The translations under genes were made by a program, and so were the position numbers. Below, piece after piece: positions 9,267 through 18,922 of a stretch of DNA of 64,000 bases (its first letter is position 1; each line of letters starts with the position of its first letter). The notes beneath the pieces are model-generated. The model ran no database searches and had not been told where the DNA came from. It worked only from the letters and a program-made list of their open reading frames with translations. The DNA is from Parcubacteria group bacterium (lineage in GTDB: Bacteria; Patescibacteriota; Minisyncoccia; Moranbacterales; UBA2206), in contig JBAZUU010000003.1 in assembly GCA_041661275.1 (NCBI GenBank), forward strand, positions 92,833 through 156,832, written 5' to 3'.

Positions 9267-9420
9267 CCGTCATTCTGAGCGAACACGAGCAAAGCGAGTG
9301 TGAGTCGAAGAATCTACTAAAAGTTACCAGGAGTTTTACTATCAAAATTAAAACTTATGGTAACCTCAGGCAGATCTCTCGACTCATTCTCCCTCTGGTC
9401 GAACTCGCTCGAGATGACGG
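9267..9420. mobile_element. MITE-like hairpin element, copy D (chimeric subtype)
   Basis: ccgtcattctgagcg ... cgctcgagatgacgg. The right half matches the GIY-YIG-bearing copy. Confidence 0.75.
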
Positions 9421-9442
9421 CGCTTGTTATTATCTATTTTTT

Positions 9443-10012
9443 ATGGACCAACAAAAACTAAAAAGTATCATAGAAAGCATCCTATTCGTCTCCGGTGAGC
9501 CGGTGAGGATCTCGAAGATCGCCAAAATTACCGGCGCGCCGAAACCGGAAGTAGAAAACGCCATAATGATGCTGCAAAATGAATATTCCGGCGGTCGTGG
9601 ACTGGCGATAATAAAAAAGGAAGACGAAGTGCAGATGGCGTCGAGTCCGGAAAACTCAACATTTATAACCGAACTGGTGAAAAGTGAAACGCAGGATAAT
9701 ATCAGTCGGTCGGCGCTGGAAGTTTTGTCGATTGTGGCTTATCGGGGCCCTATGAGTCGAATGGATATCGATGCCATTCGTGGAGTCAATTCTACTTATA
9801 CTCTCCGCTCGCTTCTTATGCGAGGTCTGGTTGAGCGTATTGAAAATCCCAAAAGCCAGAGAAGCTATATTTACAAAATTTCCTTCGATTTCTTGCGGCA
9901 TTTGGGACTGGACGATATTTCCAAGCTTCCCGATTGGGAAAAACTGTCGCATGATTCCAGGATAGAAAGTATCATAGAAAATACTAATGAAATCGCTAAG
10001 GAAATTACGTAG
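9443..10012 (+). CDS. scpB: segregation and condensation protein B
   Basis: IIESILFVSGEPVRISKIAKI, ScpB-like with two wHTH units. Confidence 0.8.
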   Translation: MDQQKLKSIIESILFVSGEPVRISKIAKITGAPKPEVENAIMMLQNEYSGGRGLAIIKKEDEVQMASSPENSTFITELVKSETQDNISRSALEVLSIVAYRGPMSRMDIDAIRGVNSTYTLRSLLMRGLVERIENPKSQRSYIYKISFDFLRHLGLDDISKLPDWEKLSHDSRIESIIENTNEIAKEIT

Positions 10013-10013
10013 T

Positions 10014-10168
10014 ACAACTTTTTCATTTGCCTCTGTCTCGACGCGCTCCGGCGCGAAAGTGTATAAAAGACAAATAACCCCGACACTCTAGTTGCAACTG
10101 AATAAATCAAAATATTTCCTGGCGCCTCCGAAAGCGTCTCGACATCGCCAAATGAAAAAGTTGTTGTA
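10014..10168. repeat. about 155-bp inverted-repeat element (family also at 21604-21744)
   Basis: Outer arms tacaactttttcatttg / caaatgaaaaagttgttgta. The inner tgtctcgacgcgctccggcgcgaaag ... agcgtctcgaca resembles the second copy. Confidence 0.6.
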
Positions 10169-10179
10169 AAGCTCATCTA

Positions 10180-11217
10180 ATGATCAATGTAATTTTAACC
10201 ATAATTCTAGTCAATTTTATTCCTGTCTTCCTCTGGGGGAATGTTTTGGGTGACTCGCAGATAAAAACGTCAGTTTCTGTGGCGAAAGGAAAAGAAGTCC
10301 TGGGGGACAAAAATATTGCCGGTGATCTTTCCAGCGGTTCAGGGGAGGATTTAGGAAGATGTAATCTTTTTCCGACTGTTGAGCCATCAGCTACCTATAC
10401 TCCGGCAAGAAAAAAGGGAATTCCCGATCTGAAATTGTGGGCGGGCTCGTCAGTAGCGATCGATGCTGATGCGGGGACGCTTTTGCATTATGACAATGGT
10501 CGCCATCGGACGCAGATCGCGTCACTGACCAAAATGATGACAGCTATTTTAACAGTCGAACGCATAAAGGATCTGGACGAAGAAGTAACGGTGACAGGGG
10601 AAGCTCTTAATGTTCCAGGGACAGTGGTTGGCTGTCCGACATCTGTTTTTTGCAACGGCAACCGGATGTATAAAGGAGAAAAAGTGAAAGCTATTGATCT
10701 TTTGCGGGTGATGCTTCTCAATTCTGCTAATGATGCTGCGACAGCGCTCGGCATCCATATGGCTGGTTCTTCTGATAAATTTGCGGATATGATGAACGAG
10801 AAAGCCAAGGAGATGGGACTGAAAGACACGCATTTTTGCACACCATCCGGCCTTGAGATTGATGGCCAGGAGGATCAATGTTATTCTTCCGCTTATGACA
10901 TCGCGCGTATCGCCGCCTACTCCTTAAATTATAATCTGATTTGGGATATAATGAGGATGCCGGACGGAAAGTTTTATTCCACCGATGGAAAGTATATGCA
11001 TGATATGAAAAACACCGATCTGCTTCTTGGCAGTATTCCCAATTGTCTTGGCGGAAAAACCGGATTCACTCCGATGGCCGGAAAATCTTTACTCCTGGGT
11101 TCAGTTGATCCGGGCGGAAAACATAGGATAATAGCAGTTGTACTCAACGATGAAAACCGCTGGGAAGATATGAGGACGCTTGTAAGCTGGGTATTTGGGA
11201 GTTATGACTGGAAGTAG
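10180..11217 (+). CDS. dacA: D-alanyl-D-alanine carboxypeptidase (PBP5/S11 family)
   Basis: The SxxK (ASLTKMM), SxN (LNSANDAA) and KTG (GGKTGFT) motifs are all present. Confidence 0.8.
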   Translation: MINVILTIILVNFIPVFLWGNVLGDSQIKTSVSVAKGKEVLGDKNIAGDLSSGSGEDLGRCNLFPTVEPSATYTPARKKGIPDLKLWAGSSVAIDADAGTLLHYDNGRHRTQIASLTKMMTAILTVERIKDLDEEVTVTGEALNVPGTVVGCPTSVFCNGNRMYKGEKVKAIDLLRVMLLNSANDAATALGIHMAGSSDKFADMMNEKAKEMGLKDTHFCTPSGLEIDGQEDQCYSSAYDIARIAAYSLNYNLIWDIMRMPDGKFYSTDGKYMHDMKNTDLLLGSIPNCLGGKTGFTPMAGKSLLLGSVDPGGKHRIIAVVLNDENRWEDMRTLVSWVFGSYDWK

Positions 11218-11220
11218 TCT

Positions 11221-11306
11221 CTACGAATTACGAATTTTTTACGAATATACTAATTACGAATAAAAAAAATTAGTATATTAGTATTTGATTAGTAATTAGT
11301 AAAGAA
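11221..11306. repeat. TTACGAA and ATTAGTA word repeats upstream of mraY
   Basis: tacgaattacgaa plus three more ttacgaa words, then attagta x4. It shares words with 4421-4503 and 40691-40729. Confidence 0.75.
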
Positions 11307-11309
11307 ATC

Positions 11310-12416
11310 ATGGAGATATCGCAAATACAAACAATTCCAATGGTGGTCAATGTTATGAAGGTGCTTGTTACCGGGTTTTTAGCTTTTGCTTTGGCGTTTA
11401 TTCTGACACCTCTTTGGACGCATATTCTTTATAAATACAAGATCGGGATAAGAATAAAAGATACATCAGTTGATGGAAAAAAATTAACATTCATAAACGA
11501 ACTTCATAAACACAAGAGCGGAACGCCAGTTATGGGCGGAGTGCTTATTTGGTTTACAGTTCTGGTGCTGGTTTATTCTTCTCATTATATTTTCCCGGCT
11601 ATAGCTTCATGGACGAACACTAATTTTATTGCCCGCCTCGATTTTTTTAGCCGTTCTCAAGTCTGGCTACCACTTGTTGCATTGATTGCGGCCGGAATTC
11701 TGGGACTTTGTGATGATTTTGCCAGTGTGAAAGGTTTTGGAAAAAATAAAGGTGGCGGAATTCGATTTATTTCGCGTTTTGGCTGGCTGATCCTTATTTC
11801 CGCCATAGGCGCATGGTGGTTTTTCTGGAAACTGGGTTGGGACGTCATTCATGTTCCGGCAGTTGGCGATTTTAATATTAATTTCTGGTACATTCCGTTA
11901 TTTATGTTTGTCATTTTGTTTTGCGCTATTTCTTCCAATCTGACTGACGGTCTCGATGGTCTCGACGGAGGAGTCCTGCTTATTGCCTTTGCTTCATTTT
12001 CCCTGATTGCTTTTTCCCAGAATAAGATTGATTTGGCGGCATTTTGCGCCGCCATTTCCGGCGCGCTTCTGGCTTTCCTTTGGTTTAACATCTATCCGGC
12101 CAGATTTTTTATGGGTGATACCGGAGCGGCATCACTTGGAACAGCACTTGGGGTTGTGGCGATGCTTACTAATTCAACATTGGTACTATTCCTTATTGTT
12201 TTCATTTATGTTATAGAATCCGGTTCGGTGGCTATCCAACTTTTTTCTAAAAGATTTTTTGGACGAAAAGTATTTCTGGCAGCGCCCATCCACCACCATT
12301 TTGAAGCCAAGGGCTGGCCGGAAACAAAGGTAACAATGAGAATCTGGATATTTACCGCAGTGACAGCGACGATGGGAGTTATCATTGGAATATTGGGAGC
12401 AGGGAAGTTCCACTAA
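11310..12416 (+). CDS. mraY: phospho-N-acetylmuramoyl-pentapeptide transferase
   Basis: NLTDGLDGLDGG, FMGDTGAASLG and HHHFEAKGWPETKV motifs. Confidence 0.8.
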   Translation: MEISQIQTIPMVVNVMKVLVTGFLAFALAFILTPLWTHILYKYKIGIRIKDTSVDGKKLTFINELHKHKSGTPVMGGVLIWFTVLVLVYSSHYIFPAIASWTNTNFIARLDFFSRSQVWLPLVALIAAGILGLCDDFASVKGFGKNKGGGIRFISRFGWLILISAIGAWWFFWKLGWDVIHVPAVGDFNINFWYIPLFMFVILFCAISSNLTDGLDGLDGGVLLIAFASFSLIAFSQNKIDLAAFCAAISGALLAFLWFNIYPARFFMGDTGAASLGTALGVVAMLTNSTLVLFLIVFIYVIESGSVAIQLFSKRFFGRKVFLAAPIHHHFEAKGWPETKVTMRIWIFTAVTATMGVIIGILGAGKFH

Positions 12417-12543
12417 AGTTAAAAGTTAAAAGTTAAAAATTAAAAGTTTTAGTGTCGCTTCGCGACAAACTATTCATATAAAATAAATAAACGCGAGCGA
12501 AGCGAGCACGTCAACTTTTAACTTTTCATTTTTAATTTTTAAT
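12417..12543. repeat. (GTTAAAA)x4 tandem plus inverted AACTTTT and gcgaagcga words
   Basis: Direct reading of the mraY-pgk spacer. Confidence 0.75.
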
Positions 12544-12558
12544 TTGAGCGAAGCGAAT

Positions 12559-13611
12559 ATGGATATAAAAAAAATACAAGCGGCGGATGTGGAAGGAAAA
12601 AAAGTTCTTTTGCGGGTGGATTTTAATTCGGCCGTTTCCGAAGACACGGTGAAGGAGAAATTCAAGATACAAGCGGCCGATGAAACCGTGCGATATCTTT
12701 TGGCATTGAATGCCAAGGTAGCGCTCATTACTCATCTCGGAAGACCCGAAGGAAAGCCTGATCAAAAATTTTCTCTCAATCCTATAAAAGACGATGTGGA
12801 GTATATCTTGAGCCACAAAGTAAAATTCGTACCCGATTGCGTTGGCGAAAAAGTGATGGAAACAATGAATGGTTTGCAGGAGGGAGAAATCGCGTTTCTG
12901 GAAAATGTCCGGTTTTATCCGGGCGATGAAAGTAACGACGAAGAATTTGCCAAAAAACTGGCAAGCGGATTTGATGTTTTCGTGAATGACGCTTTTTCAG
13001 TCTGCCATCGAAACCAGGCTTCGGTTACAGGAGTGGCTAAAATTTTGCCGAGTTACGCCGGCTTCTGGTTGCAAAAAGAAATCGAAGAAATGGAAAAAAT
13101 AAAAAGTAATCCGGAGAAACCGGCAGTAGCTGTCATTGGTGGCGCCAAAATTGAAACTAAGCTACCGATGATAAAATTTTTTGAAGGTATTTATGACAAT
13201 GTTCTTGTTGGCGGGAAAGTGGCCAATGAAGCTCTGGAGCAGAAAATACAGTTTAGCGAAAAAGTGCTGTTGCCGAATGATTTTATCGATGATCGGATGG
13301 ATATCGGAACGGAAACACTGGTGAAATTCAAAGAAATCATCGAAAAAGCCAAAACAATCGTCTGGAATGGACCGACTGGAAAATTTGAAGAAGAAAAATA
13401 CGCGACAAGTACGAACGAAATTTTGAAATCCGTCCTGGCCTCTTCCGCCTATGTTCTCATTGGTGGTGGAGAAACCCTGGAAGTTCTGGAAAAAAACAAC
13501 GCAATGGGCGAGATTCAAAAAAGAGGTTTTGTTTCTACTGGTGGCGGAGCAATGCTTGATTATCTTGGTGGGCAGCCGATGCCGGGAATAGATGCGCTTC
13601 GCTCAAATTAA
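12559..13611 (+). CDS. pgk: phosphoglycerate kinase
   Basis: LLRVDFN, ITHLGRPEG and WNGPTGKFE motifs. The ORF-track start is a TTG. The ATG is at 12559. Confidence 0.85.
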   Translation: MDIKKIQAADVEGKKVLLRVDFNSAVSEDTVKEKFKIQAADETVRYLLALNAKVALITHLGRPEGKPDQKFSLNPIKDDVEYILSHKVKFVPDCVGEKVMETMNGLQEGEIAFLENVRFYPGDESNDEEFAKKLASGFDVFVNDAFSVCHRNQASVTGVAKILPSYAGFWLQKEIEEMEKIKSNPEKPAVAVIGGAKIETKLPMIKFFEGIYDNVLVGGKVANEALEQKIQFSEKVLLPNDFIDDRMDIGTETLVKFKEIIEKAKTIVWNGPTGKFEEEKYATSTNEILKSVLASSAYVLIGGGETLEVLEKNNAMGEIQKRGFVSTGGGAMLDYLGGQPMPGIDALRSN

Positions 13612-13682
13612 AAAATCAAAAATCAAATCTCAAAATCGCAATTTAAAATTCAAAATTATTTAATAATTTTACATTTTATTTT

Positions 13683-14948
13683 ATGTCAAAGATTAAAAAA
13701 ATATTTGCGCGGGAAATTTTAGATTCAAGGGGGAACCCGACAGTGGAAGTGGAAGTTGAATTGGAATCAGGAATAAAGGCTATGGCGGCGGTGCCAAGTG
13801 GTGCGTCAACCGGAACATATGAAGCATTGGAACTACGTGATGAGGATGATAGTCGGTACGAAGGTTTGGGAGTTCTCAATGCGTGTGAAAATGTAAATAC
13901 GAAAATTTCCGAAGCTATTATCGGAATGGAGGCAGGAGATCAACAGGCGATAGATAAAAAAATGATCAAACTGGATGGTACGGAAAATAAGTCTGGTCTT
14001 GGTGCTAACGCCATTCTTGGCGTTTCGCTGGCGGTATGTCGCGCGGCGGCTACGGAAAAAAATATTCCACTATACCAATATATCGCCGAGACTTTTAAAT
14101 TTCCAAAGAAATATAAACTGCCTATACCAATGTTTAATGTCATAAACGGCGGACAGCATAGCGATTCAGGACTTTCTATTCAGGAGTATAAAATTGTGCC
14201 AAATGGCATAAAAACATTCAAAGAACAATATCGGGCAGGAAGCGAGATTTTTCACAAACTGAAAAGCCTTTTGGCGAAGGAGGGATATAGTGTTTCAGTC
14301 GGTGACGAAGGTGGTTTTGCGCCGAAACTGGAAAACAACAACCAGCCGTTGGAAATGATGAATAAGGCGATAGAAGAAGCGGGATATAAAAAAGGGGAAG
14401 AGGTAAATTGCGGAGTGGACGCGGCGGCTTCGTCTTTCTATAAGGAAGGAGAAAATCAATATCTATTCAAGCCGGAAAATCGGGCGCTATCGCGCGAAAT
14501 GCTGATCAATATTTATAACGAATGGATTGGAAAATTTAATGTTATTTCCATCGAGGACGGTCTCAACGAGAACGATTGGGATGGCTGGGCGATAATGAAT
14601 GCTAAATTAGGAGACAAAACTATTCAAATTGGTGATGATCTTTTGGTCACTAATGTGAAACGTCTAAAAACGGCCATCGAGAAAAAGGCGTGTAATGCCG
14701 TGCTTATCAAAGTCAATCAGATCGGCAGTCTCACGGAAACTATTGATTGCATAAAATTAGCCAAAAAGAACAAGATGAAAACAGTCATTTCTCACCGTTC
14801 GGGAGAAACGACTGATGATTTTATTTCTGACCTGGCAGTTGCTACCAGTGCTGATTATATGAAATCCGGATCATTGTCGCGAGGGGAGAGAATTTGTAAA
14901 TATAATAGGTTGCTAAGAATTGAAGAAAAAATCAGAACCACTGATTAA
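13683..14948 (+). CDS. eno: enolase
   Basis: IFAREILDSRGNPTVEVEV... and SHRSGETTD motifs. Confidence 0.95.
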   Translation: MSKIKKIFAREILDSRGNPTVEVEVELESGIKAMAAVPSGASTGTYEALELRDEDDSRYEGLGVLNACENVNTKISEAIIGMEAGDQQAIDKKMIKLDGTENKSGLGANAILGVSLAVCRAAATEKNIPLYQYIAETFKFPKKYKLPIPMFNVINGGQHSDSGLSIQEYKIVPNGIKTFKEQYRAGSEIFHKLKSLLAKEGYSVSVGDEGGFAPKLENNNQPLEMMNKAIEEAGYKKGEEVNCGVDAAASSFYKEGENQYLFKPENRALSREMLINIYNEWIGKFNVISIEDGLNENDWDGWAIMNAKLGDKTIQIGDDLLVTNVKRLKTAIEKKACNAVLIKVNQIGSLTETIDCIKLAKKNKMKTVISHRSGETTDDFISDLAVATSADYMKSGSLSRGERICKYNRLLRIEEKIRTTD

Positions 14949-15028
14949 CACTGATTATCTTGATCACACGTGAATTAATTTCTACTCGGTGAAATCATGT
15001 GTGCTCATGTGATAATCTGTGGTTCAGA
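14936..15028. repeat. GAACCACTGATT word (x2) plus the 20-mer GTGATAATCTGTGGTTCAGA before gpmI
   Basis: The same 12-mer is at 26126-26137 and 34974-34985. The same 20-mer is at 35046-35065. Confidence 0.8.
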
Positions 15029-15033
15029 CAATA

Positions 15034-16580
15034 TGAAATCACCAACTTTATTAATCATTCTCGACGGTTACGGCATTGCCGCGCCGTCAAAATATAATGC
15101 AATAACATTAGCCAAAAAACCGACGCTTGACCGGCTTTTTGAGCTTTATCCAAATACACTCTTAGGCGCGACAGGACAAGATGTCGGACTTTTGGACAAC
15201 AAAATGAGTGGATCGGAAGCCGGGCATATGAATATCGGCGCCGGGAGAATTGTTCCGCAGGATTCCTATTATGTTTCTAAAAGCATAAAAGATGGTAGCT
15301 TCTTTATGAACCCGGCGCTGGTCGGTGCGGTTCATCACGCCAAAAATAATCACGGAAAATTTCATGTTATGGGGCTGATGAGTGATACAGACAGTCCGCA
15401 TAGCGATCCGGAACATTTCAGAGCCATCTTAAAGTTGGCCAAGGAAAATGGGATAGAAGAAGTATATTGCCATCTTTTTTCTGATGGCCGAGATTCCTAT
15501 CCCAAATCAGCGCTCACCCATCTTCAAAATTTTCGTAAAATAATGTCTGAAGAAGGAATAGGAAAGATTGCCAGTATTTCCGGAAGATTTTACGCTATGG
15601 ACAGAGCCAAGAATTGGGATCGGTTAGCGATGGCGTATGAAGCGATAGTATTTGGAAGGGGAAGAATAGCCCAATCAGCCGAAGAAGCGATCAATAACGC
15701 ATATAAAAAGGGGCGGACCGATGAATATATAAAGCCGACAGTGATTATGGAAAACGGCAAACCAGTGGCTAAAATAGAAAAAAATGACAGTATCGTATTT
15801 TTCAATCTGCGTTCTGACCGGGCGCGTCAATTTTCCAAACTTTTCGTGGCTAACAACAAAAGTTCGATCATTACTGATGATATGCCGATCCTGGACAAGA
15901 TAAGAGATTTGTATTTTGTAGCCTTGACTAATTTTGGACCAGATCTGGATGTGCATACGGTTTGGTCTGACCAGACCCTCGCTGGAACATTGCCGATGGT
16001 TCTTGCGGATTTCCGCCAGTTCTATATTGCCGAGTCAGAAAAATACGCCCATATCACTTACTTTTTTAACGGTGGCTATGCCGATCCGGTGAATGGCGAA
16101 GAAAGACTTATGATACCAAGCCCTAAAATTGATTCTTATGCCAAGATTCCTCAAATGGCCGCGCATCATATAAAAGATCACGTACTCGATTCGTTGGAAA
16201 ATGATTTGTATGATTTTTATGCGATAAATTTTGCCAACGCTGACATGGTCGGACACACCGGTGATCTCGCGGCGACTGTGAAGGCTGTTGAATTTATTGA
16301 CGAGCAGATAAAAGAGATGGCTGAAGAAGTTATAAAAAGGAATGGCAATCTGATCATCACTGCCGACCACGGAAATGCCGAGTGTATGTTTGATGCGGCT
16401 GCTAACCAGCCGAACACATTTCACACTAAAAATCCGGTGCCGTTTCTTTTGGCTTCTGATAAATTTAAGGGCAAAAAATTATCTTCCGACGGAGTCCTGG
16501 GCAATATCGCGCCGACAATATTGGAAATTATGGAAACGGAGAAGCCAAAAGCGATGGATAAAAATTCTCTTCTGAAATAA
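15034..16580 (+). CDS. gpmI: 2,3-bisphosphoglycerate-independent phosphoglycerate mutase
   Basis: TLLIILDGYG at the start. The length is about 515 aa, and the C-terminus is ADHGNAE. Confidence 0.9.
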
Positions 16581-17573
16581 ATGAGCTCTGGAAAAAAAAT
16601 TACGATTCTCGCGCTGCTGATTGTCATAGTGATAATTAGCAGTGTTTTTTTATGGCTGGAATTATATAAAAATAATATTGAGAGTTTCGCCAGCGTGAAA
16701 CAGTCTGAAATTAGCAAAATAGAGAAAAAGCCGGAAATAAAATCAGAAAAAAAGACCATTTCTATCCTGTTTCTTGGCGATTTAATGGCCGACAGATATA
16801 TCCGCCAAACCATTGATAAGAAAGGAGTAGACTATATTTTCAGCGGAACGCGCGATTTGCTAAAAAGCGAAGATTTGGTGGTGGCTAATTTGGAAGGTCC
16901 GATCACGAATAATAATTCCATAAGCGTAAATACAATTCCAGGAGAAAGAAGCCACCTGATCTTTACTTTTGATCCGTCCCTAGCGCCAATTTTGGCGCAA
17001 GAAAATATAAAAGTAGTGAATATTGGCAATAATCACATCGCCAATTTTGGCGCTGACGGAAAAACTCAAACGAAGGAAAGTTTGGAAAAAAATAATATAG
17101 AATATTTTGGTGATACAGGGGAAAATGAATTTTTGATAAAGGAAATTGGGGGGATAAAAATTGGCTTTGTAAATTATAATCAGTTTTTTTCAGGCTCATT
17201 GGATCGGACACTGGAAAATATAAAAAATGTCAGGTTGCAGGCCGATATAGTTGTTGTTTATACTCATTGGGGGACGGAATATAAAACAGAACTGACAGAA
17301 AACATAAAAAATTTGGGGCGTAAGTTCATCGATGATGGAGCGGATTTGGTCATTGGCACGCATCCGCACGTAGTGGAGCCGATGGAAGAATATAAAGGCA
17401 AGCGAATATATTATTCTCTCGGTAATTATATTTTTGATCAGTATTTCAGCCAAGAAACAAAAAAGGGGCTGGCGGTGGAAGTGGGAATTGACGCGCAAAC
17501 TAAAAAAATGAAATTTAATGATATAAATTTAAAATTAGAAACCAATGGTCAAACAAGTATAAATACTCTATAA
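16581..17573 (+). CDS. CapA/PgsA-family metallophosphoesterase-like protein
   Basis: GDLMADR, NIGNNH and GTHPHV motifs with an N-terminal TM anchor. Confidence 0.7.
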   Translation: MSSGKKITILALLIVIVIISSVFLWLELYKNNIESFASVKQSEISKIEKKPEIKSEKKTISILFLGDLMADRYIRQTIDKKGVDYIFSGTRDLLKSEDLVVANLEGPITNNNSISVNTIPGERSHLIFTFDPSLAPILAQENIKVVNIGNNHIANFGADGKTQTKESLEKNNIEYFGDTGENEFLIKEIGGIKIGFVNYNQFFSGSLDRTLENIKNVRLQADIVVVYTHWGTEYKTELTENIKNLGRKFIDDGADLVIGTHPHVVEPMEEYKGKRIYYSLGNYIFDQYFSQETKKGLAVEVGIDAQTKKMKFNDINLKLETNGQTSINTL

Positions 17574-17604
17574 TTTAGATATAACAAGAATATAAGTTAA
17601 GTTT

Positions 17605-18609
17605 ATGGCAAAAATTATTTGTATCGGTTCGGCGTGTAAAGATACTTTTTTTCCAACTACAGAGGGAAAGATCATAGAAACGCCAGATGATCTGACGAGC
17701 AAAAAACAAATCTCTTTTGAACTCGGTGCGAAGTATAAAATTGAAGAGCGTTTCGAGGCTCTTGGCGGAGTGGCGGCCAATGTCGCGTCGGGTCTTGCCA
17801 AACTTGGAACAGAAGTAGCTTGTTATTCTAATATTGGTGACGATTATATTTCTGCCTGGGTCAAGGAGCAATTAGAGAAAAATGGAGTGGACACTTCACT
17901 TATAACAACGAGCGCTAATACTCCTGGTGATTTTTCAGCTATTATTGTGGACAAAAATAGCGGCGAGCGGGTTATTTTTACCAATCAGCCGGCCAACAAG
18001 CAATTGAAAATAGACGATTCCGAGTTAAAAAACGCCGAATGGTTTATTTTGGGCGATTTGCATGGTGACTGGGAAGGTGATTTGGATAAAATTATCACTA
18101 TCGCCAAAGAAAATAATATTAAAATTGCCAATAATCCGAGACAAGTGAACATTCACGACAACCCGAAAAAAGTTTTGGAAATTATTACTAAATGCGATGT
18201 CGTTTTTCTCAATAAAGATGAAACGATAGAAATTTTGAATGCCACAGGCGAAAAATATTCTGCGGAAGAATTGGAAAGTGAAACGTTTCTAGTTAAAAAA
18301 ATACTAGAGATGGGGCCAGACGTTGTGGCGGTGACTGATGGCGAGCGCGGCGCCTGGGCGGGGACACAAGAAAAAATATATCATACGGAAATTTTAAAAG
18401 TGAACGCCATAGAAACAACCGGCGCCGGCGACGCCTTTTCTTCCGGTTTTATGGCGGCGTATTTGAAAAATAAGCCCGTGGAGGAATGCCTCAAATGGGG
18501 AATCGCTAATAGCTGTAAGTCAGTGGAGCGTTACGGAGCGATTGAGGGATTGTTGAGTGAAGAAAAAATAGGGGAAATTTCAGGTGATATGAAAATCGAA
18601 GAAGTTTAG
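17605..18609 (+). CDS. PfkB-family carbohydrate kinase
   Basis: TGAGDAFSSGFMAAYL signature. Confidence 0.75.
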   Translation: MAKIICIGSACKDTFFPTTEGKIIETPDDLTSKKQISFELGAKYKIEERFEALGGVAANVASGLAKLGTEVACYSNIGDDYISAWVKEQLEKNGVDTSLITTSANTPGDFSAIIVDKNSGERVIFTNQPANKQLKIDDSELKNAEWFILGDLHGDWEGDLDKIITIAKENNIKIANNPRQVNIHDNPKKVLEIITKCDVVFLNKDETIEILNATGEKYSAEELESETFLVKKILEMGPDVVAVTDGERGAWAGTQEKIYHTEILKVNAIETTGAGDAFSSGFMAAYLKNKPVEECLKWGIANSCKSVERYGAIEGLLSEEKIGEISGDMKIEEV

Positions 18610-18922
18610 TTAAAAATAATGGAAAAAGATTTCCAAAAGTGGCACAATAAGAAGAAGGATATTCACGAAAATAAAAAGATTCCATTAAAAAACAAAACCC
18701 TCCTTGTGGAGGGAATCTCGGAGGCCGAAGCCCATTTGTAACTTAATACTACTACAGATGGCGTTTTATGTCAATAGTCTGAATTTATTACTTATTTGAG
18801 CCAAAAAAGCTCATGGTAAAATTCTTTCATGAAGAAATAGAAAAAGGTAATATGGAGTGGCCTAAAAAAATGCTGCAATTATTAGATTCTGATTAATAAC
18901 ATCAAAATAGAAACAAATTATT

